This document shows positions 24,591 through 38,060 of a stretch of 64,000 nucleotides of DNA, one piece after another. The position numbers and the translations under genes were made by a program. How positions within the stretch are numbered: position 1 is the first letter of the stretch; every line of letters begins with the position of its first letter. The notes beneath the pieces were generated by a model. It was not told the DNA's origin. It searched no databases and was given only the letters and a program-made list of their open reading frames with translations. Origin of the DNA: Podarcis tiliguerta (lineage: Eukaryota); the NCBI GenBank assembly GCA_965153285.1, contig OZ229111.1; one strand, written 5' to 3'.

Positions 24591-25320
24591 GAAGTGTATC
24601 CTGTTGTTTATCTGTTATGAACGGTTTGTTTGCAGTGGAGTCTTTCCTAGTGGCAGCCATGGTTTAAATTATTATGGGTGGTTGAGACAACAGCCCCACT
24701 ATCACCACCACCGTCAGTGCATTAGAACAGAGGATAAGACTGTTTCACTTATAAGGAAAACTGTTTCCATGCTTGTAGAAGAATAGGAATGCCCTGAAGC
24801 AATTTGAGTATCACCCGGAAAGGTCTAAAAGGAAGCTTATCAAACATTCCGACCGATTCCTTGTGGTTTAGCTTTCTCCTCTGTCTGCATGTATTACAAT
24901 AAATTATTCATTACTGTTCCCCTTCCCCTTCAGTCCATTCCTCGTTCAGGTATGTTTGGAGACTTGAACTGAAAGCATCTTCATCTGTTCATTGCTCCAG
25001 CTTCCGGGACAAGGTTTTAGAGATGTTGGCGTCTCTCTTCCCAATAGCTGCTATGGATATACTTATTTCACTAGTGATATCATGTTTGAATTTAGTGTTG
25101 CCAGAGGGCTCTGCATTACCACAAATTGGTGTGTGTGCCTGAGAGGATCTGTTTACTCACATAGCAAGAGGCAGGGGCACACGGCATAGGCTGTCCAGTA
25201 AGCCAACTGCAGCTTCAGGTACACAGTCACTAACTCTCAATCTGATTATGGCATTTGTACCTGGATTCAGCTGTTGTAGCTCGATCAGTGTTACGTTGCA
25301 GTATATTGGCTATTTGTTGG

Positions 25321-25362
<42 letters not shown>
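25321..25362. repeat. (CA)n(GA)n microsatellite
   Basis: Seen directly. Confidence 0.95.
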
Positions 25363-25366
<4 letters not shown>

Positions 25367-25799
25367 CTCACCAAACTGAGGAACTGGATTCAAGACCATT
25401 AGACTTGGAGAACTGGATTAGATTTCCACCTCCATTATTAACTTGGTGTGCCACCAAAGGGCAAGCTGACTGCAATATTATTAATTTATCTAGGTAGCAT
25501 GTAGTTACCCTATATTTGCAGCACAGGTTCTCAGTATATGGGTTGATGTCAGTGATATTTGTATTCTCTCACTTGGAGGTCCGTTAGGTGACCCCTGAAC
25601 CAAGTATAACCAGCCTTCTCCCTATGCCGTCTTTGCACTAGTCCCTTCAAACCATCTTTTTTCTTTTCTTTTTATGGTCTGGATTTCTCTAGGACACATC
25701 TTTCAGTTGCTTTGGCTTTCAATCCAAAACTCTTCTTCAATCAGCCCTTAAAAGCAAAGTTGCCATCTGGCTTTTTGTAAGGGTTTTTGACCTTTAAAG

Positions 25800-25843
25800 G
25801 CGCGCGTGCGCGTGCGCACACACACACACACACACATATATAT
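25800..25843. repeat. Alternating purine-pyrimidine tract (CG/TG)n(CA)n(TA)n
   Basis: GCGCGTGCGCGTGCGC, then (AC)n, then (AT)n. Confidence 0.9.
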
Positions 25844-26663
25844 AAACCTTTGCAGGATTTTGTTGGCATATCTCCTTTTGTCATCCAAGTGTCTCAGGCA
25901 CTTTGGTTTACCAGAGTTCACTACGATCCACCTTCACTTTAGAATGCCTGGCCTTGATTTACCTGGAATTGTTCTCTTTATTCTTTTTACCCTACACTGA
26001 TTAACATTCAGAGATAGGACTGAAATGAATATGATAATGAAACAAATTGTTAGAAAGGTGAAATGCAGTTCTGTGCAGACCCCATCCTCCCAGAAAATCT
26101 ACATGTATTTGGAGTCCCATAAGCAGCAGTTGCTTTTGTGAACATAAAATAATCATGTTAAATAATACACATTGCACAACTCTGCCATGTGATTAAAAGC
26201 ATCCTGCCTTCTTGTGAGCAGGTTCTGTATTCAGCCAGGTTTGCAAAGGGAAGAGTGGTGGTGACACCTCAGAATGATGAATTCCAGGGTACACAGCAGG
26301 TGTGACATTTGGGGATGGGAGGAAAACAAGGCAAGGCGAGTGCCCTTCACTGCCCTGATATTTGGTACACCGAGTACATTAAGAATACATCCAGCTCATT
26401 TAATGGAGGGGAGGGAGGGAAATCTGCAGTTTGCCCTTTAAAAGCCTGCAATAGAAAGGCAAACCAATGGGTGCTTTTTCCATTAGTTAGGGATGGCTTC
26501 CCAAGGCTGCTTGTGGCCGTTATGTCCTTCAGCTGTTTGGCTGAATGGTTTAGTGGTAGCAGCAACTGAAAAAGGCCCTCAAAATGCCAGGGAAGGTATA
26601 CCTATGAGTGAATGGAGAGTTCCTCTGCTGGTTGGTTGTGACACTGATTCTCGTGTTATTTGT

Positions 26664-26756
26664 ACCCAGCAGCATCACATACCAGTACTGTTGAACTACA
26701 TTGATGTGTTTGCAAAGCATGCAGCTGATTTCATGCAAATATGTAGACACTCAAAG
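26664..26756 (+). repeat. 93-bp direct repeat, copy 1
   Basis: 86/93 identical to 28131-28223, no gaps. Confidence 0.95.
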
Positions 26757-27551
26757 TCTGCAACAGGGCAGTATAAGCCCACATCCAGATTAAGATGGTA
26801 TGTGTGGAGGGGCTTCTCCATCAGTAGCTGAAGCGGGTATGCTGACACTTGAAGTAAGAAGTGCATAACTCATGAAATGGGGAAAGATTCCTGAGTGATA
26901 ATCATTAAAGTATTTGAAAACGCTTGTGTGGTTTCAGCTGTAGTCTTTCTCTCAGACAGCATTTCTGTTTGAAGAAATGGCATTTACCCAGTATTCAGAA
27001 GTGCCATATTTGTGTTGCTGGAAAATGCAGTCGTTCCCACCCCCACCTCCACCCCCACCCCCATTCCTTCCTTAGTGAGCACATTGATTGTGATACAGAT
27101 CATTGAGTGGAATATATGTTTGCAGGAGGGAAACAAGAACCTACCTGTGCAGTACCCAGCGTTTTGCTCTTCTGCCCCCCCTCCTGATCTACATATAAGG
27201 TAGTAAAGCAGATGAGGAGGGAGGGAGGAGTGTCCCCTCTGTGATTCAGATTGTTCCCTTTGTTCCCTTGGGACTAGCAGCAATTATTATTATTTTTGCA
27301 AAATACCTGTTATTCAACGTTCATGATTCATGTGGCATTTTTCTCATTTTTGTAATCTGTTGTGCTGATGACGACAACACGCTGTACGACTTTATTTTAT
27401 TGTGTGGCAGACTTGGCCTTATGGAGTGTTCCTGTGCAATTTATTCCTGCAGTAGTTGAAGTAGGCACCAGATCTCTATGATAAAGACAACCCACTGCAC
27501 CAGGGTGAAACTCACTCAGACCTGCCCCATGTGCTCTCAGTTTTTGTCCAG

Positions 27552-27683
27552 NNNNNNNNNNNNNNNNNNNNNNNNNNNNNNNNNNNNNNNNNNNNNNNNN
27601 NNNNNNNNNNNNNNNNNNNNNNNNNNNNNNNNNNNNNNNNNNNNNNNNNNNNNNNNNNNNNNNNNNNNNNNNNNNNNNNNNNN
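27552..27683. other. Assembly gap (132 N)
   Basis: Run of N. Confidence 1.
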
Positions 27684-27966
27684 TCAGATACTCTGGCTGA
27701 GGCTTTCCTGATTTAGACTCTGTTATTCAGCCAAGCTGCTTGAAGTGCGAGCTGATCGGTCTTGTGATTTGGTCTCTGGCTGACTGGAACGTGCACAGGA
27801 TAAGGCTTGCTCTATATTTTCCACAGGGATGCAGAGGATCCCTTGGTTACTTGACTGTTTAGCTCTGTGGTTTTCCCGTTGTTGCCTTTTAAAGGCATCA
27901 GTCTGTTAATAAAGGAAAATATGCTCAGAGTTTTGATTCTGCATGTTCTGTTGGCCCCTTGTGGAG

Positions 27967-27969
<3 letters not shown>

Positions 27970-28022
<53 letters not shown>
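27970..28022. repeat. (CT)n(CA)n microsatellite
   Basis: Seen directly. Confidence 0.95.
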
Positions 28023-28130
28023 ACCTCCTCCTTTCTTCCCCCCCCCCAAATAAAGTATTGTTACATCAGACGTATGAAGTTCTGCCTTTATGTTAAGATT
28101 CCTCAGTTTCTAGTTCTCCCATTTATTCAA

Positions 28131-28223
28131 ACCCAGCAGCATCACATACCAGTACTATTGAACTACATTGGTGTGTTTACAAAGTATGTAACTGATTTCA
28201 TGCAAATATGTACACACTCAAAG
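28131..28223 (+). repeat. 93-bp direct repeat, copy 2
   Basis: 86/93 identical to 26664-26756. Confidence 0.95.
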
Positions 28224-30072
28224 CCAATGAATGCTCAGAACTATCAGGAGAGTTAACCTATGGGAAGGCAGGTTGTACATCTTTCTTTTGCTTGCTTGCA
28301 TACTTGCTTTTTTGTGAATGACATTTGTATTAGCTTTTCCCCAGGCTCTTCTCCTTACCCCCAGTGGTCCTGCACTGAGGAACAGACTGCCACAACTTTA
28401 TTACCCTTATGATTCCAGAGCTTGAAAGTAAAATTGCTGTGGTACAAGCACTCTATCCACCCACAAATGAGGTTTCGTCCCCTTTTTCTTGTGACCACAT
28501 GCGAACAATCTAAAGTATTCCATATTTTAAAAAACATGAAGTTACAGGTTCTACTTTGTCCCAGACTTAGCCGTTTTTAATGCCAGGAACCAAGCTTGCA
28601 ACATGAAGGGGAAATAGATGGAAGTGCCCCTGCCCTGGGCAGGTACAGAGTGTACTCCCCTCCCCAATGAATAATTAGAGAGTATCTTCACATAGCAGGA
28701 ATTAAGGGGAAAGATTACCAGGCAAGAGGGTGGTATGTCTAGACAGACTTCAGTCCTGGCATCAAGATCCCAGGGTTTTAAAAAAAACAAAAAACTCTGG
28801 GAGTCATGAACTCTTAGATCCTGCTTTCCTATCTTTTTCTTTCTCCCTTTAGCACCTAGTGTTGACTGTGACAGACAATGCTGGGAATGTACCACTTTTT
28901 TCTTATAGCCACCTGGTCTCTGTCTGGTCATGGAGGCCGAGAAAGTAAGCCTCTGCAGCATTATTCCATGCCATCAGAACCCATCATGCGTACAATGCAA
29001 TAAATAGGGCCATAAGCCTTTTATGAAGTCTATTTCCACTCTTGGATCCGGGATTTAATGCATGGCTGCTTAGAGAGGCTGAGGATTTCAGAGGTCAGTG
29101 GGGCTAATTGCAAGACTGAGAGCTGGTCAGGACAAGCAGGGCTGCAGGTTACCACACATACTAGAGAGGGAAACCAATCAGCAGAAGAACCAATTGAAGT
29201 TCATCGTGCACGAATCTGGCATGACCATACAGAAAACAGGCATAACTATGTTGAATCATTTTGTTGTGCCAGTTGTGCTCTTCAGAGGATTATAAAGAGC
29301 ATGGGCTTGGAGAGAAAGCCCAAGTAAAATCATGGCTTAGCTGGGTGCAGCAAATTATGTGTTAGTGAGGCACTACACTGTGCCACTTTCTAAAGTTCTG
29401 CCTTGTGAGGAGAAAGCAATGCAGCTTGGTGCCTGTCCTTCAGCAAGTATGTATGTAAACGTCTGTTTGATATGGGTTTGTGATTCTATTGATGGGGCCT
29501 TCCCATGGGCCTTTCTCCCTGGTTGCTTCCAGGTTGCTTTCATCAGGGCTAATTCTGTTGTTTGATTTTCCTGTTTTGTCTGCCAGTAAAAATACACACA
29601 CAACAATTCCTGATTTAACCCTCATGTTGAGGATTCTGTTATCCTCTCTAAGACTCCAGATAGGCAGGTGGACATTAGGACTGGCATATCATCATTATCT
29701 GTGTGGTGCCAAAAAACCATCTGGGTGATTTACAGACTGTAAAAAAATACGTGGTCTTCCTTGTCCCGAGGTGCTTGTTCATCTGCCAGAGAAAACACAA
29801 ATGGAAAGAGCATGTAGAAGAGCAAATGGCTCAGCATCACTCATCCGGCTGGTTCCATGATGTTCATGGCGGTGAATTAAGGTGCAGCTGTGGTGGCCAT
29901 TTTCCTGAGGGCAGGTTTCTGGTTTGTGGGGGAAAGGACTGCATGAAAAATACAAGCAAAACAAACAAAACCCTTGGTCCTGTATGAAACACAGCAGGTG
30001 GTTTAATTTCTTTTGGAAAGGAAAAGCGTTTGCTGTTCTGAAGTAATACCTGAGGATTCTGTATCTATAGGG

Positions 30073-30201
30073 CAGGGGTGAAGAACCTATGGTCCTCCAG
30101 ATGTTGTTGGACAGCATCTCTCCACATCTCTGACTATTGGCCATGCCGTCTGGGGCATGATGAGTCCAACAACATCTGGTGGACCACAGGTTTCTCAGCC
30201 T
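30073..30201. mobile_element. Palindromic hAT-type MITE
   Basis: CAGGGGTG...CCAGATGTTGTTGGAC...GTCCAACAACATCTGG...; fold-back arms. Confidence 0.8.
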
Positions 30202-32849
30202 TCTTTTAGAGGGAATTTCCTAGAGGGTATGGGCTATAAGAAACACTTTTCACTGTGTATACACCAGCTGGGGCTGATCTCTGCTGAGACTTAGCTCAGT
30301 AGCTGCATTAAAACATTTCGCCTGTTATACACTGACTGATGGTTCCCTGTGCTGTGCTGCTTGTGCTTTCCCTCAGGGCACAAAGGTCCTACATAGCCTC
30401 AGGGAAGGTAGCGAAGAGGCTGCCCCAACAGTCCTCTCAGGCCCTTGGCTCTTAATTTAGCCCAGTTGGATACTGAGGATGGCATATCTGCAGGTAGAAT
30501 CTGAGTCCTGACAGTAAAACTAGCAGGGATGAGACTCTCACAGCCCAGCTGAGCTTCAAGTTCCTCCTCTGTGAGGACTTAAAAAAAAATTCTGAACTGT
30601 TTCCAGTGCAGGCAGTTTGATCTGAAATAGATTAGTATGTAGATAACTCAATGTAGGCTCAGGTGACTCCTAGGCACCTTCCTTTTCCAATCTCTGCTCC
30701 TTTTGCTTACTTTCCTTGACAATCCTCTGTCGTCGTCTTATGAAGAAGTGATGATGTTGTCATGGTAACCAGTATGGCTGCAGTCTCGTGGTGTAGCTCC
30801 CATGCAAGACGCACTAGTAATCTAAAAATAATAAGGCCCCTGCTCATTTCTGTGAGAAGCTGATCTGGGTTTTGTTTTGAGACAGGAGGAGCAGATGTTT
30901 ATAACTTGGGAAATGCCTTTACACCAAAAGAAAAAAGGAAAGAAAGTTCTGTCAGTTCCAATGCTAGGGTTCATAGTTGGCTTTTTGCTCCCAACCTTGT
31001 CAGTGCTTTGAGGTGTCAACTTTACCTTGTGACAAAGTGGCAGGGAAAATACACTACTGTTCAGTGACAGTTTAGCAGCATTTCATCTTCTTCGCTGAAG
31101 ACATTGCCACCTATACAAGGAAGCCCAAGAAAGCAGACCATTCCTCTGGGGACGATTACACTAGGAACCAGATTGAAAGCTGCTACACTCTACTGCATGG
31201 TGGAGTAAATGTAGGAAATACACAGTTCAGATGTGATGATGCATCAAGTTGCCCTCTGTCGCATAGGGCAACCTGCATAATGCTTGTTTCCTTTGCCACA
31301 GTGTCTGTGACTCTTGTACTGTACTGGGAATTTCAATACCCTCTCATAAGATGCAGACAGGTGGTGTAGCAATTTAAACACTGCCCCTCATTTTTATCTC
31401 CAGAGTGCCCGGTTTTGTAGTTATGGTGGGGAGTAAATCTCAAGCAACTCCCCTAAAGTCTCTGGAATTTGCAGAAGTGAGGTCTTTCTTGCCTTCCATC
31501 CCACTTGCCAGACAATGTTCACTTCAGTGGCTTGCCAACTTTTCCGTTTAAGCGTGGGAAGCAAATGCTTTTAAAGACCTCTTTATCAAAGTGGAAGCAA
31601 AATTGTGTTTTCCATGGTGGCTTTCCTGAAAGCAATTAATCACATGACTTTGTTTTATCCTTCTTTCCCTCCTAGGGGTGCCATCTTTACCAGACTGCAC
31701 CAGAGACTTTTAATATTATTTTCCTCTGAACATCTTTGAGGAAAACAGGTTGGCATTTTTAAAACTCAGTGCCAGGAGCAGTCTCTGAACTGGTAGGAAG
31801 ATGGATCTGCATAACTGAGATAGGATATGAATTTTGGAGCTTTGTATTAGTGTCTTCGTGAGACTTCAGCTTCCCTGACCCTGCAAGTCCTTTAATTTCA
31901 GGACACCTGAAAGCAAAACAGTGGATCTTTTGACTTGAGGGCATCTGCAGGTTCAGTTGAAGGAGCAACCCAATTCTGGGATCAAGGTGGAGAATCTCAG
32001 TGGTTTTTTCCCCAAATCATGAGCTAACCTCCCTCCATCCTGGTTAATTTTTAGCTTGCTGTGACAATTTTTTGTTACAGAAGGAAAGAGGTAGATTCTG
32101 GTGTCTTCTGCATTATTGTGTACTTTTCAACTGTAATTAAAGAGACAGTGCAGTCTCATGTTTATAAAACTCTTTCTTTTTCTGCAAGCATGCAGTGCAA
32201 ACGCTTCTCATTCCTAAGAATTCTTTGGAATGGTAAGATTTGCAATAAACTGAGTATACTTGGTTCGTCACTGTCTTTTTACCTCTTTGTGGTACATATG
32301 AATATGATTCTTCCACATTCTGGTTTGTGCTCATTTGAGGATTACCAAGGCAGCTCTGGGAGCCTGTTTAGACAACAGTTTTAGTAGTACACATCCACCC
32401 CCTGCATGAAGCCTGGTAAATTCCTCTTTAATCACTTGGCAGGTTTGTTTGGTTGTCTGTATGTATAACAGTCTTTGATTTAGCGTCTAAACTTTAAAAG
32501 TGTGGAATGGCACTGCAACATGTTCATAGCAAGGTTACATCGGTGTTACAATTCTCAGCTCAAGCACACAAAACCTGAGTTTCTGGTGGCGACTGCTCTC
32601 TGCTTTTGGAAGAGGAATAGGCACACAACCTGCCAACTCACAGCTTCTCAACTACTTGTAATTTCCTAACTGGGGTATTTTCTTCAACTCACTTTATGAG
32701 AAGTAGTAGTTTTCCTGGGATGCCTGTAGAAGTACATTCTGCAGGCCCCCTTTTCCTTCTCTTTCCCTGCTTCAGTAAGTATTAAAGGGCATCCCTTTTT
32801 CATCTTCTTCTGTCTACTCTCCTACCTCCATCCTACTCACTTCCACTGG

Positions 32850-33032
32850 CCTCTGCCTTATTCCAAGTCAGACCATTGGTGCATCTAGCTCACCACTGCC
32901 TACACTGGCTGGCAGCAGCTCTCCAGGATTTGAGACAAGGAGCCCTCCCAGCTGTACCTGGAGATGCTAAGGATTGAACCAGAAACGTCTTGCAGGCAAA
33001 GCAGATGCTCTGCTATTGAGGTGCAGCTCTTC
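32850..33032 (-). mobile_element. tRNA-derived SINE, family of 621-793
   Basis: CTGCCTTATTCCAAGTCAGACCATTGG...CTGGAGATGCTAAGGATTGAACC...GCAAAGCAGATGCTCT. Confidence 0.8.
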
Positions 33033-34262
33033 TGCTTCTCTTTTTCTCCACCAAGTGTTGATTAATCTTGAGCCTCACTATGCCCAACAGGGTTGGGCAG
33101 GCTGCAGCCCTTGGCCTAATTTCATGGGACTGGCAAAGTGGGGCAGATGGGTGGAAACATAGGTAGCAGAGAGAAGGAGAGGGGTGGTGGTGTCCTGCCC
33201 ATCTCTGACACGTGGCCCTGACAGATTACCTCCCAATGGAATTCAGCACCAGAGAGAGAAATGCTCCCCTCACACAACCTGACAAGCAGCACCTGACAAA
33301 GCTGTGTTTTCCACACACAGCACAGTCCTAAACCCATTTAGCCAGAAGTGAGTTCTACCAATTTCAGCGAGATTTCTTCCCATGTAAGGATTGCAATGCT
33401 GAAAGTATAGGAGTTCTGTCTGGTCACGATGCCACTAGATGTTCCAGAGGAAAAATTTCCCAATTTTGAAGCACACAAATGCCTTTGTTATAGTAATATG
33501 TGAAAAGCCACCATGCTTTATAGAAAAAGGATGAGAGGAAAAGTATAACTAAAGGTGTAAATGAATGATTTCCTTAGGGAAGAAAGTGCATGTTATATGT
33601 GAGCATGAGATCTGCCACTTGAAAACATTGTACTACGATACCTGCGAGCTGAGAATGTAAGCACACCACCTTTACACCGTTAAAACATCAGGCACATCAT
33701 GTCTCATTTTAGCAAAGCTACCTGCAAAATATGTATGCGGAAGTATTTGTATTTATGCAAAAGTGTATATGTTTGAATTTAAGGGTGTGCTAATGAACAT
33801 TTTTCCTGTAGAAAGACGTGTGCCCACAGATTTGCATGCAGCAGCGTGTATGCACATTTCTCCGTTTCTGTGTGTAGTAACGTTCTTGGACGTTGCCAGT
33901 AAGAGTTAGCAGCATGATTTAATGGACAGTTTTGGGAATCGGTTCCAATTCCATCTTCAATCTGACATTGTAATTGGTGCCACCTGCTTTCTTTCTCATT
34001 CTCCTTCTATTATTCAGCAGTGCAACAGGGAGGGAAGGGCGTGGGTGATTCTCGCAGGTCTATGGAATAAAGCGTGATTGTTGGTGTAACCCCTATGTAC
34101 AGTCCTGGTGTGAGGTTTAGTGATGAAATGAACATGCTGCATGAAAACAGAGCTAATGGTCTGAAGACAAGTTTGCTCTTCTTAATTACCCATTGCTATT
34201 CCCTTTTGATGAGCGTGGTTCAGAGTTGGAGTTGTGTTTGAAGGAAGATGTTCTCCTTAGAA

Positions 34263-34392
34263 CAGGGGTGACAAAGTGGTGCCTTCCAGATGTTGCTGGA
34301 CTCCCAACTCCCATCACCCCCAGGCATCCTGGCTAAATTCCAGGCATGATGGCAGCTGAAGTTCAACAAAACTGGAGGGTCACGCATCCATG
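34263..34392. mobile_element. Palindromic hAT-type MITE
   Basis: CAGGGGTG...CCAGATGTTGCTGGACTCCCAACTCCCATCA...CTGGAGGG. Confidence 0.75.
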
Positions 34393-34463
34393 GTCTAGGA
34401 GGTGCTGGAAATTTCAGCAGCCAAACATTTCTGGATGTGGGGGTGCTATTAAGAGGCACAGGA

Positions 34464-34693
34464 GAGAGCCAGTGTGGTGTAGTGGTTGAGAGCAGTAGTC
34501 TTGTAACCTGGGGAACCGGGTTCGCGTCTCTGCTCCTCCGCATGCAGCTGCTGGGTGACCTTGGGCCAGTCACACTTCGTTGAAGTCTCTCAGCCCCACT
34601 CACCTCACAGAGTGTTTGTTGTGGGGGAGCTTTGAGACTCCTTAAAGGGAGTGAAAGGCGGGATATCAAATCCAAACTCTTCTTCTTCTTCTT
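34464..34693 (+). mobile_element. Squam3-type (MIR/Ther1-derived) SINE, intact 5' end, with TSD
   Basis: tRNA head (GTGGTGTAGTGGTT, GGTTCGCGTCTC), CORE-like GGGTGACCTTGGGCCAGTCAC, (CTT)n tail and a 7-bp TSD CACAGGA at 34457-34463 and 34694-34700. Has an internal deletion relative to the 38061 copy. Confidence 0.9.
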
Positions 34694-35987
34694 CACAGGA
34701 ACAAGGCTTTGCCTGATGGCATCTGGCCATCATACCAGGTTTGGTGCAAATGAAATATGCTTTTGCTGGAAATGATGGATGTACAGAACTAAATAGGCTA
34801 TCAGCTCACCAGCACAGTAACCATAACCCTATTTAAATCTGTGGAAAGCTTGTGTTGTTATTGGTGGGTAAAGACTGCATGGTCATTCTGCAATCCTGTC
34901 TGTACTTACTCAGGAAGCAGCCTCATTCAACTTAGTAGGACTTAATTCTGTCTGAGTCAGCTTGCACAGGAACAGGCAACATGTCTCATCCCTATTGCAT
35001 TGTGACAGGACCTATTGGATATCAATCATTCCTGACATATGCTCCTCCATTCTTTCTGTCGTTTAAACTTGCCCTGAGATCTCATAATTTTCCTAGCAAC
35101 ATTTCCACTAGTTAAGATGGTAATATTTTCACACCTTTCAGCCAGGTCTACACAGTGGCATTTTAACCCTTTGTACTCAACCTTTCCATTGGTAGCGGTG
35201 GAAGACAATTATTGTATAGCTTCCTTTACACCTGTTGGTTAAGATGGTGTTTATTGTTTGTTCCACATGCCCCATTTTAGCCCATTGCTCTAACTGCTCT
35301 TGGATTTGACATCAAATCTAGAATCCTTGTTATCTCTGATGTTGATTTGCCTGACCATTGGCCAGCTGTAGCGTAGTGGAAGACAGGATATTAGAGTGAG
35401 CTAGAGATTATGGGCTTCATGTTAAATGAAGCATGGCCCTACCTAATTATATGTTGGATGGGATGCCACCTTCTCTGGCTAATAAAAAAGTTGAATGGGT
35501 CTGAGGGATTGTTCTTGTTTGGCGCTAGATTGCTATGTTTTTTCCTGACCAGTTGCATGTCATGCAGAAATCCAACTGGTAGTTTCTGCACAACAGTGAG
35601 AAAACCTTCACCTGTGTAGCTTCTGCCTGTCATACAGCTGCTAAAAGGCACAGGAAGTATTCTATGGAAAAACTGGCAATTTGAATAGTACCTTGTCATG
35701 TGTATCGCAGATCTTTAATATACAAGGAGCAGGTGGAATTGCTGAGATTTTAATTTGAGCTTTTGCAACTCACTCATTTGTTGTATTGTAGAAATCTTTT
35801 CCAGCGTAACCGTAGGAGATTTATCTTCTGCTTGATGGTAGCAGGGCAGACAGAGCAGGCAGTGAACAAAATGAAGTCTCTCTGGAGCTATGACTTAGTA
35901 AAAAGTAGTTCTACCAGTTTCCTCTCCTTTCCCATTTCCTTCTCACTGGAAATGTTTGGAAGTTTGGGTGTGTATATATGAATGAGT

Positions 35988-36130
35988 GAGGGCGGGCAGG
36001 GACAAGGTCAGACAGGCACTGAACAAGCTAATCACGTGAGGCCATTTGCTGCCGTGTTACAACCTAGTAAAATATTACCACTGTGCATAACAATGCAAAA
36101 CTCCTGAACTTTCACCTCGAACCTGCTGCT
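35988..36130. promoter_or_regulatory. Candidate intronic enhancer (GC box, ERRE, palindromic E-box, DR1)
   Basis: GGGCGGG at ~35990, CAAGGTCA at 36003-36010, TCACGTGA at 36032-36039, TGAACT-T-TCACCT at 36105-36117, all in apparently non-repetitive sequence. Confidence 0.5.
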
Positions 36131-37514
36131 CTTAGTTCTGTAGAATCAAGCAGGAACTCAAAAGCCATTGCAGAATTTGAAAGGCAGGTTAAAGCAGACT
36201 AAAGGTGAAAGATTTGCATACAGGGAGACGATCTTCCTTGTACTGGTTGCTGTTCCTCCCATGACTGACATCTTGGCACTCAATAAGAGTTGCTGAGAAT
36301 TTGAAAACAGTGAATGAAAAAGCAGGCGGGATTATGCTTTTGCTTATCCCATATACACCTGAAGTTAAGTCAGTGTGGCGCTGATTTGAGTGTATGCACT
36401 GATTTTGCAAGAGTAGTTGGCTTTTGCCTCCCTTCCCTCTGCCTGCCAACTCTCTCCTTTTGGAGCACTGGGTGGATCAAGTATCCTCAGTTCTACCCCA
36501 TTTGCATCCTATGGCACAAATACTCAGTTTCCTCTTTTTCATGCATGGCTCTGGGCCCTGCTCCCAGTCTGAATCTGTCAGGTGGGCAGTGATGATTCCT
36601 TGGAGACTGCTCCAAGTGCTGAATGATGCAGAGATTTAGAATGTTGTCTGGGACCGTTCCTTGAGTCTTCCTTGTTTTGTAGGTAAATTAGAACTGACAG
36701 GTTCTCTTCAAAGAGTGGTTAGGATGAGGGGTGGTCATAGTAACTATTTATTCATCCTTACAAATGGCCCCTCTGGTTGTCCCAGGACCTGTCCAAAATG
36801 TTTGGTCTCCCTTTGCCCTCCCCTCTATTTTTCTGTCTCTCATTCCCTGCTTGCAGATTCAAAGCCATTTTAACACAGCCAGAGCTGAGCCGTTCAGCCT
36901 TGTTTCCCTTTCCTTTTACAGTATGGGCTGCTTGCCTTAGGAAGCCCAATAATCTCCTCTGTCCTGCTCCTTTCCTTCTTTGGTTGTCCTGACTGCTCTG
37001 TGCCCTGGCACCCATTCCTTCTTTCCAGAGCCTGAATCTAAGGCTATCCCATCCAGTTCAAACAGAAATAAAATCAAGTAGGAGAGGAAATGGCCCCTGA
37101 CAAATGTTTATCAATAGTGTAGTTCTGCAGGTCTCTTGGGGTATGGATGGAGACCAGCAAGGAAGAGAGAGGATTCCTTTTTTATTGATATAAGCTTGCC
37201 TTTGCCAGCACTTGAAGATGAATGCCAACTGGCTGCTTCATTGGCGTCTCAGCTTCACAAAGTGGAAGTGTTTTTACAGTAGCAAATCCCTGCTCACAGC
37301 CATTAACTAATTTGCACTGGGACAACTGAGATTGGGCCAGGAGATCGTCTTTTTATAGGGTCACAAACTGGGGAAATGACCCGATGGTCCATGTGATATC
37401 AGCATAGACTAGGAATAGGGGCTGAGGTATTCTTCTTTGGCAAATCTGTGTTTATAATTTTATGCACAATCCAGCAGTTACTGGAAAATCAAGCAGCTGG
37501 TTAAGAAATCTAAG

Positions 37515-37756
37515 AATATAGGAAGCTGCCTTATACTGAGTCTGTATTATTTGATACTTGATTTGATACGATGTTTTGTGTACCACTTTTCCAGCAATTG
37601 TTGAGCGCAAAGCGGCTCACAGTAATCACAATATTATTTACTCTAGACTGACCGGCAGTCACTTTTCAGCATTCCAGACATAGGTCTTTCCCAGCTGTAC
37701 CTGGAGATGCCAAGAGATGAACCTATGGCTTCTACCACCGTTATGGCCCCTTTCCC
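37515..37756 (-). mobile_element. tRNA-derived SINE (family of 621-793) interrupted by a short LINE-tail-like insert
   Basis: TAGGAAGCTGCCTTATACTGAGTC tail and CTGGAGATGCC...GAACCT...TATGGCCCCTTTCCC head. Confidence 0.65.
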
Positions 37757-38060
37757 TGAGAATAAGGAGGGCCAGGGGTGTTTCTTGTGTTTGGAATGGC
37801 CATGCTTATGAGAGACCAAAAGTACAACACCATATAATTTTATCTGGACAGAGATACGTGACCAATCTATGTGGCTCATGTTGTGCTACCATTCATTGCA
37901 CATCCATTGTGCCTCCAAGCTTCAAGGTCTGCACTGCAATCCATAATTATCTGTTGTGTTGCTGGCATCCTAGAATCTGCACCACCTGGACAGTAGAATC
38001 AGTGCTAGGTTTTCTGTGTCAATAATAAGATATCATGCCTCCAAACTTTTCCTTCCCAAG

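Noticed and set aside
24934-24949. 16-nt microexon-like segment (CAG|...CAG|GTATGT)
   Set aside because: Frame-shifting length with no other support; equally explained as a chance pyrimidine tract.
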